From: an uncultured cyanobacterium
GTDB taxonomy: Bacteria > Cyanobacteriota > Cyanobacteriia > Cyanobacteriales > Nostocaceae
Direction: 5' to 3'
Assembly: GCA_963706595.1 (NCBI GenBank)
Contig: OY970166.1
Span: 608,001-672,000, forward strand
DNA length: 64,000 nt
Below are positions 21,801 to 32,840 of this stretch, piece after piece. Position 1 is the first letter of the stretch. Every line of letters starts with the position of its first letter. Position numbers and translations under genes: made by a program. The notes under the pieces were generated by a model, which worked only from the letters and a program-made list of their open reading frames with translations, searched no databases and had not been told where the DNA came from.

Positions 21801-24491
21801 TGTTCAATAGCTATTTTTTCACCAGTCCAAGTGAGTGCAGCAATTAACGGTTGTTCAATGCCGGGAATACCTTGAGATAATTGTACTTGTCCCGCCGCCC
21901 GCACATCAGCTAAATTAGCAGATCCCAGAATCCCAGCCACCTGCAAATTACCGCCCAAATTACCCCGTAACTGCTGATTTAACCGATTTAATTCCACACC
22001 TTCAGCATCAACTACAGCCTGATAGCGACCCTTAGCCAGTTGAATATTAGCAGGCTGTAATGGTTCCCCCGGCAACATTCAACCGTCCTTGACCACTGGC
22101 TTGGATAGTTTCTGGACCGAAAGACTCAACCGACCCCGCTACATTTAACTGACCAGTTAACTCTCCCCGAAATTGTGGAGGTACTGCTATCAACTGTTGT
22201 AAAGGAAGATTATTCGTTTCAACTTGCGCTTGATATAGACCGTTAGCCAATTGAATATTAGAGGCTGCAATCGTTCCCCCAGGGACGTTAAGCCGTGCTT
22301 TACCACTAGCTTGGATGGCTGCTAAACTAAAAGATTCCACAGTTCCGGCGACGTTAAATTGACCAGTTAACCCGCCTTTCAACTGTTCTGGAACTGCTGC
22401 CAATTGCTGGACAGCCACATTATTGGCTTGTACCTGTGCTTGATATACACCATCAGCTAATTGGATATTAGTAGCTGTAATAATTCCATCTCCCAGACTC
22501 AGACGCGCTTCACCAGTGCCGCGTAAGGTGTTGATGGCAAAATTTTCTGTGTTCCCTGCGATTTGAAACGTACCCGCTAAGGGACTACCCAAAGCTGGGG
22601 GGGATTCTTTCAAAATCCGCCCTAGCCTCACATTATTAGCCACCAGCTGCGCCGAAAAGTTTTGATCTTGCAACTGGATACGAGAAACTGCAACTGTGCC
22701 ACCACCAATGTTTACTCCTGCGCCTTCAGTGCGAATGCTGGCAATTTCAAAGGGTTCCGCCCTACCTTCCAAGATGACACGACCATTGAATTCTGCCCCT
22801 GCTAAAGAGATATTTTGCAGTTGATTTTCGTCTACAAAAGTTGTCAACCCGACACCAGAAGCTTGGGTAACGGCTCGCCAACGCCCTTGAGCAAAACTCC
22901 CAGAACCTCTTACCATCCCACCTGCGACATTCAACGCCACATTGCGGAAGGCGAGGGTACGGTCTGCGGCGATAACAGTTTCACCAGTACCGGGATAGGT
23001 GGCTTCCGGGGCTTGCCATTTGACTACAGTTTGGACATTATTGGCCGCACCAATCAATTGAGCTGTAGCGGAAACAGTACCGATTTGGATTGGGGGTGTG
23101 GTTTCATAAATTTTAGCTACGGCATCCCCAGAAATATTCTTAGCTGCGAAATTAAAATCTAATTGGGGAGTTTGCCCTAGTTTAATATTACCAACACCTG
23201 TAATTTCTCCACCAACTGCGGCTTGTCCCTGAATATCTCTGAAGCTAATTAAATCAGCATGAGGAGCAAATTCAAATTTACTAGTAATATTTTTAAAATC
23301 AATTTTATCAATCTGGGCAGTTTTAATAGTGGCAATTGCACCTGAGAGAACGGGTTTGGTGATGGGTCCAAGCATTTGTAAATTAGCTTGTAAATTCCCT
23401 GTTACAGGTACTGGCAATGTGAGATTGAGACTTTCTTGAGTATGAGCCACACTGACTGCATCAACACGACCTGCCAATTTATAGCCTGTTTTCGGGTCGA
23501 TAATGCCTGTAGCCACCAGAGGAATTTTGCCGTAACTGCCAGTAACATTATCTAGCTGTACTTCTGTCCCACCGAAGCGAATAGCCCCTTGAGTATTGAG
23601 AAAAGCTTGGGGTAAGTTGGGAATTTGCAGCGTTACTCCTTGTAAATCTGCATTGCCAAATAATAGGGTCGGCTGTTTTGGTGTGAGTTGAATCTGCACG
23701 TTGCCATTAACTCTACCCGCCTGAAAATCGAAGGGTAACTTAATCACTTGGGTAATTTTAGCAGCTAATAAATCTTGCGATCGCAATTGCAACTTAGCTG
23801 CTAATGTTTGAGGAATCACCTCTCCTTGAATAGCAAGATTACCCCCACTACCTGCTTCACCCCTGACATCAAACTTAATCAGCTTGTTTTTTTGGAGCAG
23901 TTGAGCCGTGCCATTGATTTGTGAAAATTCTACAGGTGTGACAGTGGATATTACTTTTTGATCTCTGACTTGCGGTATCAATAGCAGCTTGCCATTGCGA
24001 AACCGGAGTTTGTCTAAATCAGTTTTAATCAGTGCTGTTTCACCTGGAGGGGCAATTTTAGTAGTAATCCAGCGCCCTTGATTATCTTGTTCAATGTAAA
24101 TATCTGGGTTAACTAAGGTAACATCCAGCTTCAGTTGACGGTTAAAAATTAATTGCCACGGGTCAAAACCCACTTCTACAGCATCCACCACTGCCCGATC
24201 TCGATCTGTGGGTGTGGCGGGAATGGTTGAAGCCCCAAATTGTACTCCTGTCAAGGAAAAGCCGGTGACTGCTCCCAAGTTTACCGGACGGTTGAGTGTG
24301 TTTGTGATCCCGTTTTGGGCTAGGGGCGTTAATTCTTTCTGGACAAAACTCCACAACCGCCAGATACCCCCGGCCATTCCCACTAGCAAAATTCCGCCCA
24401 GGGTAATGCCACCGCGTCTCAACAACAGCAACCACAAACCCTTGTGAGTCCGGTCATGGGAATCATGGTTTTCATTAGGAGATTTAGTCAT
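18836..24491 (-). CDS. tamB: Translocation/assembly module TamB (AsmA-like, DUF490 C-terminus); apparent +1 frameshift at 22051
   Basis: N-terminal TM anchor, long beta-strand-rich body, C-terminal DPELDVRL...LKSSPARSETEIVALLGG...EFQRRF. The two ORFs join if C22051 is removed. Confidence 0.88.
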
Positions 24492-24687
24492 AAAGGTTTC
24501 GCTTATAGGCCAGTGTAGTTAACCGACTACTAACATTAAATAACAACTATTATGGTCATAATTATTCCAGGATACAGACCTATTTTAAACGTTGGTGTAC
24601 TTATTACTGATGTTCACAATTCAATGTACTGCCCCTTTCTAGCTCAATATTGATTGATTATGGGCAAAATCAGCAATAAAATAAATG

Positions 24688-24895
24688 TTTCATGTTTCTA
24701 TTGTTATTCCAACTTTAAATGAACAAACCAGCTTGGGAAATTTTAGTGGTGGATGGTGGTAGCTGTGATCAAACCTTGGCGATCGCTCACAACAGCTTAG
24801 AATTATTCAATGGGACGGTAAATGTACAAATCCTCTCCTGTGCAGAACCTGGGCGTTCTATTCAAATGAATTACGGCGCATTAGCCGCAAACTGT
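24688..24895 (+). pseudogene. Fragment of a family-2 glycosyltransferase
   Basis: HVSIVIPTLNE in one frame, then EILVVDGGSCDQTLAIA...GRSIQMNYGA in another; internal deletion and no C-terminus. Confidence 0.7.
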
Positions 24896-25084
24896 GGCGA
24901 ATTGTGGAAAGACGATGAGCGGTAAGCGAAGCTATGCCGTTAGGCTTGTCGCAATTGTCGTTCGATTTTGGGTAATTATAGCTAAAGATGTCTGAATAGC
25001 TGCTTCCGTCTCATTATCCACCGCAGAGGTAGCTTCATCTAAAATCAAAATTGCTGGGTCTTTGAGAATAGCACGAGCGATCGC
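24892..25084 (-). pseudogene. Fragment of an ABC transporter ATPase (Walker B to H-loop)
   Basis: Hand translation [45 protein letters not shown]|insert|AHRLSTIRHS; no start and no upstream domain. Confidence 0.85.
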
Positions 25085-25279
25085 TCTTGGCTAAAAGTCA
25101 TTTATTACTACCTTATCATCAACTTTTACGTTAAAATACAAGTTTTTTACTCAATATTTACACATATAAAATAAGACTACTTTTTATTAAACTAAGAAAG
25201 GCGATCGCCTCCCCCAATAGTATGCGATCGCCTGTCAGCGAATGACCGAATTAATTCGGTCATGATAAAATTTCATCTC

Positions 25280-25943
25280 TCACAACAATCCGCGATAATG
25301 AATAAAAACTAACATCACCGACCAGGAACCCAACGCCACCTTGACTGCAACCAGGATATTCAGCAAAGGAATCACCCCGCCACTGACAAGTGCGCCCAAC
25401 TCTCCGTGGGGTAACTCAAATCCTGCCAAAGTTATCACCGCCAGTACAATAAAAATCAGGTACTGAAACCTTTTCCCATCTAGCTGCATTCCAGCGCGTG
25501 TAAATCGCCTGCATCCACTCCGATGATGAGGTAATTGCAATCAGACCAATAGCCGTACCACCCGCTACCCCAGCCGCAAAACCACCGCCCGGACTCAAAT
25601 GACCCCTAATCGCCAGCTCAATCCCCACCAATGAGCAAATAGTCGCTCCCAGTCGCGCCAAAATCATGGATGGTTCATCTGTAAACTGATAAATAGTGCA
25701 GAACGGTCTTTCATCAGCCAGTAGAAAACGCGCACCCATGACCGCGATGGTAAATACTACTACTTCAAAGATAGTGTCATACAGCCGATTCCTGAGAATG
25801 ATACCCGTAACTGCATTAGGTACTCCACTATCTTCTACAACCGATTTGACGATAGAGACATCCGATAAATCCGGTGTTCGATTGGGCATGATCAGAAATA
25901 TCATGTAAAGCGCTATTCCGGCTGCAATGTAGACCCATTTCAT
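25280..25943 (-). CDS. mrpB: Mrp/Mnh Na+/H+ antiporter subunit B; apparent +1 frameshift at 25459-25460
   Basis: PNAVTGIILRNRLYDTIFEV, GHLSPGGGFAAG. Removing one G restores EKVSVLIFIVLAVI...VAVKVALG. Confidence 0.85.
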
Positions 25944-26569
25944 TAATGCTTCTCCCCTGATTCTGGTACATTTACATAGGTCAGTATTGTATCTGGTAAT
26001 AAAAGGTCGGTTTGCATGATGTCATAAATGCGTCGAACCCTAGTCTCGGTGTGATAGAGTTGCTTTTCCTCTCCACTGGTTGCGAGGTCTTGATCATTGT
26101 GTTCTGGCGATCGCCGGACACAAGTTGCATGGACTTCTTTATCCATCAGCGCCCGGTGCAAAGCCTGCATATTTGTGTAAGGGACTAACTCAAGACGCAT
26201 ATAGTATTTGCTAAAAATTGTGCGGAAATTATCCATCAGTTTCCCAAGATTGCCTGTGGCTATATCGTCTGGTAGAGAATTTTCATCTGCTTCCTCTAAC
26301 TCAGAGGACTCATCTTGAAGCACACCCAGACGCATCACCAGAGAAGAACGCACTGCGATCGCATAAAGCGTAATCCCCAGCAAAGTCCCCATTAATGCTT
26401 GAGTCAAAGCCACATCCGCCGCCCCCAAAACGGCAAATACCAATGTCGCCACAGCTCCCAGTATTCCCTGAACTACCAGGGCATTGTATGGATTGACCTG
26501 AATTACCAGCATTAATGCGGATAACGGCAACAAGGCGGTGATTATATACACATAACTATTATCATTCAT
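25943..26569 (-). CDS. DUF4040 Mrp subunit (MrpA C-terminal / MrpB-related)
   Basis: Start MNDNSY at 26569 overlaps the mrpG stop; LGAADVALTQALMGT motif. Confidence 0.8.
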   Translation of the reverse strand: MNDNSYVYIITALLPLSALMLVIQVNPYNALVVQGILGAVATLVFAVLGAADVALTQALMGTLLGITLYAIAVRSSLVMRLGVLQDESSELEEADENSLPDDIATGNLGKLMDNFRTIFSKYYMRLELVPYTNMQALHRALMDKEVHATCVRRSPEHNDQDLATSGEEKQLYHTETRVRRIYDIMQTDLLLPDTILTYVNVPESGEKH

Positions 26570-26840
26570 GGCGATCATTGGGACTAGAACAATATGCCAA
26601 AACATAACCCAGCACTGTATTCCAGATAGCCAAAGAGATGATGCCCAGAAGGAGTAGCGGCCATTCACTGGGTATCTTCAGGAGTAACCCGATAACGATA
26701 CTCATGGAGCCGAGGGTATCTGCAACCGAAAGACTATGTAGTTTAAATAATACCGAGCGATGACCGAGTAGGGGTAAAGTTCCCCAAAACCAGAAGAAAA
26801 GACCTAAGCATAAGCAGGTATAACTCAACAAGTCAATCAT
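26562..26840 (-). CDS. mrpG: Mrp antiporter subunit G
   Basis: KLHSLSVADTLG motif, 3 TM segments, operon position. Confidence 0.85.
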   Translation of the reverse strand: MIDLLSYTCLCLGLFFWFWGTLPLLGHRSVLFKLHSLSVADTLGSMSIVIGLLLKIPSEWPLLLLGIISLAIWNTVLGYVLAYCSSPNDRHE

Positions 26841-27088
26841 AAATCACTCATGCGTTTAAGTAGATGTGCCAATAACATTAATCCGGCATTACCCACACTG
26901 AGAATAATAATCCCGACAACACCAATCATCCAATCATCACGTAAGACAGATACCATCAGAATCATGATTGATGTTTTGGTGGCAATACTGGCAAAAGCCA
27001 ACATTTTTTGCCAAATATCATCATCTTGCCAAGCTTCATACATGGGTATGAGCAGGGCTAAAATCATGGCAAACAAGATCAGATTCAC
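26837..27088 (-). CDS. mrpF: Mrp antiporter subunit F
   Basis: 83 aa, 3 TM segments, between mrpE and mrpG with 4-bp overlaps. Confidence 0.75.
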   Translation of the reverse strand: MNLILFAMILALLIPMYEAWQDDDIWQKMLAFASIATKTSIMILMVSVLRDDWMIGVVGIIILSVGNAGLMLLAHLLKRMSDL

Positions 27089-27474
27089 ACTTTCCTCCTC
27101 CGTCTCACCAGGTGTACTTCATACAAGCCCCTTTCGTGGTATTTCAAGACAATCGTTTTGGGCGTAAAGGTAATCAGGAATATATCTAGGAATATGAGTC
27201 CAGGTGTACGTTGAGGTTTGACTCGTTCCATGATCACATCTTCGTGGTTATGGGGACGAAAGATGATTTCAAATGCCTCAATATAGGCCTGGGGAATGGC
27301 TACTATCACCTCTCCTAGTACACGTAACCAATCTCTTAATGCTTCCGGCACTTTTTGACGACCAGGTAATAGGAGGGCGACACTAACACCAATGATGATA
27401 TTTGCCCAACTCAAATCAGAGGTAAGCAAAAACCAAATAGTCAGTCGCAATATCAGATTTAGATGTCCAATCAT
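27085..27474 (-). CDS. mrpE: Mrp antiporter subunit E
   Basis: IWFLLT...IIGV, ITFTPKTIV, VH motif. Confidence 0.85.
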   Translation of the reverse strand: MIGHLNLILRLTIWFLLTSDLSWANIIIGVSVALLLPGRQKVPEALRDWLRVLGEVIVAIPQAYIEAFEIIFRPHNHEDVIMERVKPQRTPGLIFLDIFLITFTPKTIVLKYHERGLYEVHLVRRRRKV

Positions 27475-28898
27475 GCTAATACCATCCCCAATAACAGGAG
27501 CAACATCAAACTCATCACCCCAATCAGATGCTCAAGTTGCTCAAGTACACGTGGTAATTTGACAACTAACCGTTGAAAAATTAAAAAATGTACCAACCAG
27601 CCAATACCGATGATTGCTAATGCTTTTATGATATTTGCCACAGTGTAAGCCTCATAGTAAAGACTACTTGCAGCAATCAGCGCCCCTAGTAATAGGATCA
27701 GTGGTGGCCAAAAACCAGGTTTGACATCCCTTCCTTGTCCATGAGGTAGAAAGATGAATTTGGCATAGACAATTGCAGTTCCTACAGCCCCAATATTCAT
27801 TAACATAACTTGCCAAGGAAGAACATTTTTCAGCGTCAGCATCTTAGCCCCAAAGCCAACCAGTAAGGGAAAACCCGATATTGAAAGACTACCCATGACA
27901 AGGGCAATCCACAGCGCATTATTAATTGGTTGATTTTGCAATTCCTTGAAGTCTCGACTGGGTAAGTTACCTGCAATCAGGAAAAGCGTTGATTTTGCCA
28001 GTCCGTGTCCCAAGGCATAAAAACCTGCTACCTCTGGTGCAATGAGTAGCCAGCCTAGCTGAGAAATAGTACTCAAGGCCAGCATTCGCTTAGTATCCTT
28101 TTCAAATAAGGCATAAATTACGCCCAGAAACGCTGTGGCTACTCCAAATATCCTGACAATGGGATCAATCTCTGGCACTAGCAAAGCACAGCGCACCAAG
28201 GGAAATACACCAGTTTTGACAACAACTCCTGATAGCATGGCCGACACAGGCGTTTCTGATTCGGAGTGAGTTAAGGGTAGCCACAATCCTGATACAAAGA
28301 TTCCCCCTTTTGTCAAGAGTCCGACAAAGATTAAGGCGATCGCCTCAGTAGGTGCTTTACTTAACCCAGAAAAAGCAAAAGAACCATTGGCCTGATAGAC
28401 CAAAACCGCGCCCACCAGATAAAACAGCATTGCTGTATTACTGACAAACATATAGCGCAAAGCTACCCAAATCGACCGATTGGTTCGGGTATAGGCAATC
28501 AAGAGAAACGCCGCAATCCCAATTACCTCTAACGCCACATATAAACTGATGAAATCCGCAGAGACAAAAGCGGCGTTAACGCTGCCATGCAAAATAGCAA
28601 TCTGTGTATAAAAGAAAGCCGTTTTATCAGTGCGCCAACAGTAGAGGATCACCGCAGTAGTTACCACTGCATTTGTGAATATAAAGTAACCACTTAATTG
28701 ATCAACTACCAAGGTGACACCGAAACTATCCAATAAATTTAGTGTCAACTGGGACTGGTTAAAAAATAACGACAACGCATATCCAGCCGAAACCAGCGCT
28801 ACACCCAAGGCGAGGTATCGGTCAAGTTTGGGAAGCAGATAAATAACGAATCCCAAAAACAACGGTAATGTGATCCATGCAATAGTAATGTTATTCAT
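27471..28898 (-). CDS. mrpD: Mrp antiporter subunit D (NuoM/N-like)
   Basis: DFISLYVALEV, WLPLTHSESETPVSAMLSGVVVK, KRMLALSTISQLG. Confidence 0.9.
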   Translation of the reverse strand: MNNITIAWITLPLFLGFVIYLLPKLDRYLALGVALVSAGYALSLFFNQSQLTLNLLDSFGVTLVVDQLSGYFIFTNAVVTTAVILYCWRTDKTAFFYTQIAILHGSVNAAFVSADFISLYVALEVIGIAAFLLIAYTRTNRSIWVALRYMFVSNTAMLFYLVGAVLVYQANGSFAFSGLSKAPTEAIALIFVGLLTKGGIFVSGLWLPLTHSESETPVSAMLSGVVVKTGVFPLVRCALLVPEIDPIVRIFGVATAFLGVIYALFEKDTKRMLALSTISQLGWLLIAPEVAGFYALGHGLAKSTLFLIAGNLPSRDFKELQNQPINNALWIALVMGSLSISGFPLLVGFGAKMLTLKNVLPWQVMLMNIGAVGTAIVYAKFIFLPHGQGRDVKPGFWPPLILLLGALIAASSLYYEAYTVANIIKALAIIGIGWLVHFLIFQRLVVKLPRVLEQLEHLIGVMSLMLLLLLGMVLA

Positions 28899-29230
28899 GG
28901 CGTGTTATTTTTCTCAATCTCGTTGCTTTCCAAAGTGGGATTATCCCGTGCTAGCTTCATTACACCCACCAGCATTATGGCCTGAATCGAAAATCCGATC
29001 ACAATTGCCGTCAATATGACCGCTTGGGGAACTGGGTCAGCATACGCAGGATTTTCTCCATTGACAACAATCGGTGTAAAAAAGCCATTTCGTGATGCAA
29101 TCAGTACGTAATAGGCGATAACCCCTGTACTCATCACATCCATAGAGATGATCTTCATCACAAGGTTCTTTTTCAGGATGATGCCAAAAAATCCGCACAA
29201 TATTGTCGCGAATATATATGCTTCTAACAC
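28895..29230 (-). CDS. mrpC: Mrp antiporter subunit C
   Basis: ADPVPQAVILTAIVIGFS motif. Confidence 0.92.
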   Translation of the reverse strand: MLEAYIFATILCGFFGIILKKNLVMKIISMDVMSTGVIAYYVLIASRNGFFTPIVVNGENPAYADPVPQAVILTAIVIGFSIQAIMLVGVMKLARDNPTLESNEIEKNNTP

Positions 29231-29393
29231 GGGAATGACCTGTTGGGTAGTGGGATAAAATTAGCTATTAAAGCACGCTGGAAATAAACAGATTATTTAA
29301 AAGTCAAAAAGCCGATATGATCAGCTTTTTGACTTTTGATTTTTGACCCTTTGGCTAAACTCAGGGTAAACTTTTGACGAACGCCCTGCGGTG

Positions 29394-30782
29394 CTAGCCT
29401 ATTAAATTGGCTTTCTCTAAAGATTCTTTTTCTCCTGGCGATTGTTTAAATGCAAACCGTAATAAAGGCGGTGCTAAGAAGGTTGTCAAAATCACCATAA
29501 TAATGATCGCCGCTTGCAATGGTTTATCAAGAGTACCACTAGCTGCACCAATTCCTGCAAAGACTAAGCCAACTTCACCACGGGGAATCATCCCTGCACC
29601 AACTGCTAATCGGTTAATTTTAACTGGTCCGAAAACTGACCAACCTGTGACGACTTTACCGATAATCGCTACCACAATTAAGAAGGTAGCAATAATTAAG
29701 CCTTCTCGATTTTCTGGAATGAAAGGATTCAGAACACCTAAATCAACTTTCGCGCCCACTGTCACAAAGAAAACTGGAACTAAAATATCAGCGATGGGTT
29801 TCACCTGCTCATCTAGTTCTTTGCGTTTATCCGTTTCATCCAAAACCAAGCCAGCCGCAAATGCGCCTAAAATAGCTTCTAAATGAATGGCATTACCCAA
29901 AAATGCCATGAAAAAGGCAAAGATTAAAGCTGGGATAATTAAGTTTCCTCGCGTTTGCAATTTATTCGCAATGGCGACAAAACTCTGATTGAAATATTTA
30001 CCTAATAAAATCGCACCAACGAGAAAAACTGTAGCGCTGACAATTAGATAAATGACGTTTAAAATATCAACCTCACCAGTTTTAGCTAGACTCGCAACTA
30101 CTGCCAAGACAATGATGCCTAAGATGTCATCAATCACTGCTGCACCGACAATAATTTGCCCTTCGCGAGATTTCAATTGCCCAATTTCTGACAGAACTTT
30201 GGAGGTAATCCCAATACTAGTAGCTGTCAAGGCCGCACCTGCAAAAATCGCTGGAATTACTGGGACATGAAAGAGCAACATTAATCCTGTAGTCCCAGCC
30301 GCAAAAGGAACAGCAACCCCCACACAAGCAACAACTACCGCTTGTGAACCGACTTTCTGCAATTCTTTTAAGTCTGATTCTAGACCAATTTCAAATAACA
30401 GAATAATCACACCTAGTTCAGCGAGAACAGAAACGATTTCACTCTGGCTTTGAAAAATTGATGTTACTGCTTCGGGACTGATGTTGTTAATAAATTGCAG
30501 GATTGTCATAATGATGGAGTCTGAAGCGGCTGCACCACTTTCAGAAAAGACAACCAAATTTAGTGCCGAAGCACCTACTAACACGCCACCAAGTAACTCG
30601 CCTAAAACGGGAGGCAAGTCGATCATTTTAGACAATTCACCACCAATTTTACTGGCAAGATAAATGACTATTAAACTAAGTAATACACCAGCTAAGACAA
30701 TAGGGGCATTTTCGGCTTCGTTTGTAGTTGCGAGTAAAGGATTCTGCCACACGGAGTTAACTATTAATTCGGAGAAAATCAT
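29394..30782 (-). CDS. CPA2 Na+/H+ antiporter (NhaS3/NapA type)
   Basis: LPPVLGEL, LLFEIGLESD, ATSIGIT, GAAVIDDILG, GMIPRGEVGL. Confidence 0.92.
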   Translation of the reverse strand: MIFSELIVNSVWQNPLLATTNEAENAPIVLAGVLLSLIVIYLASKIGGELSKMIDLPPVLGELLGGVLVGASALNLVVFSESGAAASDSIIMTILQFINNISPEAVTSIFQSQSEIVSVLAELGVIILLFEIGLESDLKELQKVGSQAVVVACVGVAVPFAAGTTGLMLLFHVPVIPAIFAGAALTATSIGITSKVLSEIGQLKSREGQIIVGAAVIDDILGIIVLAVVASLAKTGEVDILNVIYLIVSATVFLVGAILLGKYFNQSFVAIANKLQTRGNLIIPALIFAFFMAFLGNAIHLEAILGAFAAGLVLDETDKRKELDEQVKPIADILVPVFFVTVGAKVDLGVLNPFIPENREGLIIATFLIVVAIIGKVVTGWSVFGPVKINRLAVGAGMIPRGEVGLVFAGIGAASGTLDKPLQAAIIIMVILTTFLAPPLLRFAFKQSPGEKESLEKANLIG

Positions 30783-30922
30783 GTTATCTGTCTGTTGTGT
30801 TGATGAATTCTGCGGTTAGATCAAGTCCTTGGAGAAATACAAAAGTAATTGTGAAATAGTGGGTAGTTACAGCAAGGATTTCAATTTTGACTTTTGACTT
30901 TTGCTATGCCTACCCTGCTTAA

Positions 30923-32650
30923 TTAAGTTTGATATCCGTAGGTATCAGGGTCACTGGCTGTGGAGCCATATTCACTAGTAGCAGCAACATTTCTACTGTG
31001 GGCAGAAAGATCAACTAAAGCCAAAGCTTGCGTAAGTGCCTCTGAACGATTCATAAAGAAATGATGTGAAGGTACGAATTTGTTAATGCCAAATTTTTCT
31101 AAGCGGCGTTTAACTTTGCCAGCTGCACCAACAACTAATATTTGACGACCTTGCTCATAAGCATCTTGGATAGCATTTTCAATTGCTAAAGAAGCCGTCA
31201 CACCCAACATGGGGACATCGCTAATATCTAAAATCAGCACATCAGAGTCTGCCATTGCTGCATGTTCACGCGCGATCGCTTTGGAAACTCCAAAGATCAT
31301 TGGTCCACTCAAGTAGAATAGTAGGACACGTCCATTAGCTTGATCAAGTAATTGCTTCTCTTCATCGTTCAAGATAATGGCATCATCCGCATCAGTAATC
31401 GTCTTCACATCCTGAGACTGTAATTGAGAAAGACGTTCGATAGTTAAGATGTTGGCAATGAAAACTCCCACGCCGACAGCAACAATCAAGTCAACGAATA
31501 CGGTTAAGAACATTACACCGTACATAATCAGCGCACCCTTCAGGGATACCTTATGAGCGCGTTGCAAAAAGCTCCAGTCGAGAATGTCAATCCCCACCTT
31601 AAGCGCAATACCAGCCAATACTGCCATTGGGATCGGTTGAGTTAAAACAGCAGCCCACAAAACTACAACCAGTAAAATCAAAGCCCGAGTCAGACCAGAT
31701 ACAGCCGTTCTCGCACCAGTCTGGATGTTAACTACGGTTCCCATAGTTGCACCAGCACCAGGGAGTCCACCACATAAACCAGATATGACGTTACCGATAC
31801 CTTGACCAATTAATTCCTTGTCAGATTTGTGTTCAGTACGAGTTAAACTATCTGCAATGACTGCTGTTAACAAGGTATCAATACAACCCAACATTCCCAA
31901 CATTGCTGCATTAACGAGCATCACCGTGATTTGTGATGCATTGAAGGTAGGTATTTGTAATGTTGGCAGTCCCATTGGGATTTCGCCAATCCGTCTGATG
32001 TCAACATCCTGGAAAAATAGCAGGGAAACTATTGTTACTAATACTAATGCTACTAATTGTGGTGGGACAAGACGCTTGATTTTAGATGGCATTAAGAAAA
32101 TAATTGCCAAGGTCATCACTCCCAAAGCTGTTTCCACAGGATTAATATTGGCGAACAGCTGGGGTAAATTTTGCACCGTTCCTAATACGCCACCTTTAGG
32201 ACTGGATTGACCCAGAAAAGGAGCAATTTGCAACAAGACCAGGATGACTCCAATCCCAGACATGAAACCGGAAATTACGCTGTAGGGCATGAGGGTAATA
32301 TATTTACCCAGCTTGAATACTCCCAATAAGATTTGGAACACCCCGGCCAGCATCACTACTGTAAATGCCATTGCCAAGCCGTTTTCTGGGTTATTGGCGA
32401 TCATGGAACTGACAATAGCAGTCATGACTACGGTCATCGGCCCGGTAGGTTCAGAAATCAGGGTTGGTGTCCCACCAAATAAGGCAGCGAAAAAGCCAAC
32501 GCAAACTGCACCATAAAGACCAGCCGCAGGCCCAGCACCAGAGGCTGCTCCGAACGCTAACGCTAGGGGTAAGGAAACGATCGCGGCAGTTAAACCACCG
32601 AATAAATCGCCTCGTAAGTTTCTAAAATGGATTGTATTAATTAATGTCAT
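30923..32650 (-). CDS. bicA: SulP-family Na+-dependent bicarbonate transporter with STAS domain
   Basis: GDLFGGLTAAIVSLPLALAFG, ISEPTGPM, GATMGTVVNI, STAS LSGPMIFG; heads the antiporter-mrp cluster as in other cyanobacteria. Confidence 0.88.
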   Translation of the reverse strand: MTLINTIHFRNLRGDLFGGLTAAIVSLPLALAFGAASGAGPAAGLYGAVCVGFFAALFGGTPTLISEPTGPMTVVMTAIVSSMIANNPENGLAMAFTVVMLAGVFQILLGVFKLGKYITLMPYSVISGFMSGIGVILVLLQIAPFLGQSSPKGGVLGTVQNLPQLFANINPVETALGVMTLAIIFLMPSKIKRLVPPQLVALVLVTIVSLLFFQDVDIRRIGEIPMGLPTLQIPTFNASQITVMLVNAAMLGMLGCIDTLLTAVIADSLTRTEHKSDKELIGQGIGNVISGLCGGLPGAGATMGTVVNIQTGARTAVSGLTRALILLVVVLWAAVLTQPIPMAVLAGIALKVGIDILDWSFLQRAHKVSLKGALIMYGVMFLTVFVDLIVAVGVGVFIANILTIERLSQLQSQDVKTITDADDAIILNDEEKQLLDQANGRVLLFYLSGPMIFGVSKAIAREHAAMADSDVLILDISDVPMLGVTASLAIENAIQDAYEQGRQILVVGAAGKVKRRLEKFGINKFVPSHHFFMNRSEALTQALALVDLSAHSRNVAATSEYGSTASDPDTYGYQT

Positions 32651-32840
32651 CCTTGGGTTGTGCTTAGGAAAATAGTAAAATTCGGATTGATGAAAATTGC
32701 CAACTACTTTAAAGAAGTTTCATGTTTTATGGGCATAATAAATTCAGCAAAAAAAGTTTAGTTCTTTGCAAAGTAGCAGAATACAGTGGATTTATAGATG
32801 GAGATTCGCTGAATACGAATTAAAGAGCTACGCGGAATCA

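Noticed and set aside
25280..32650. Mrp cluster without a full-length mrpA
   Set aside because: mrpC-D-E-F-G-DUF4040-B behind bicA and an antiporter is a known cyanobacterial arrangement.
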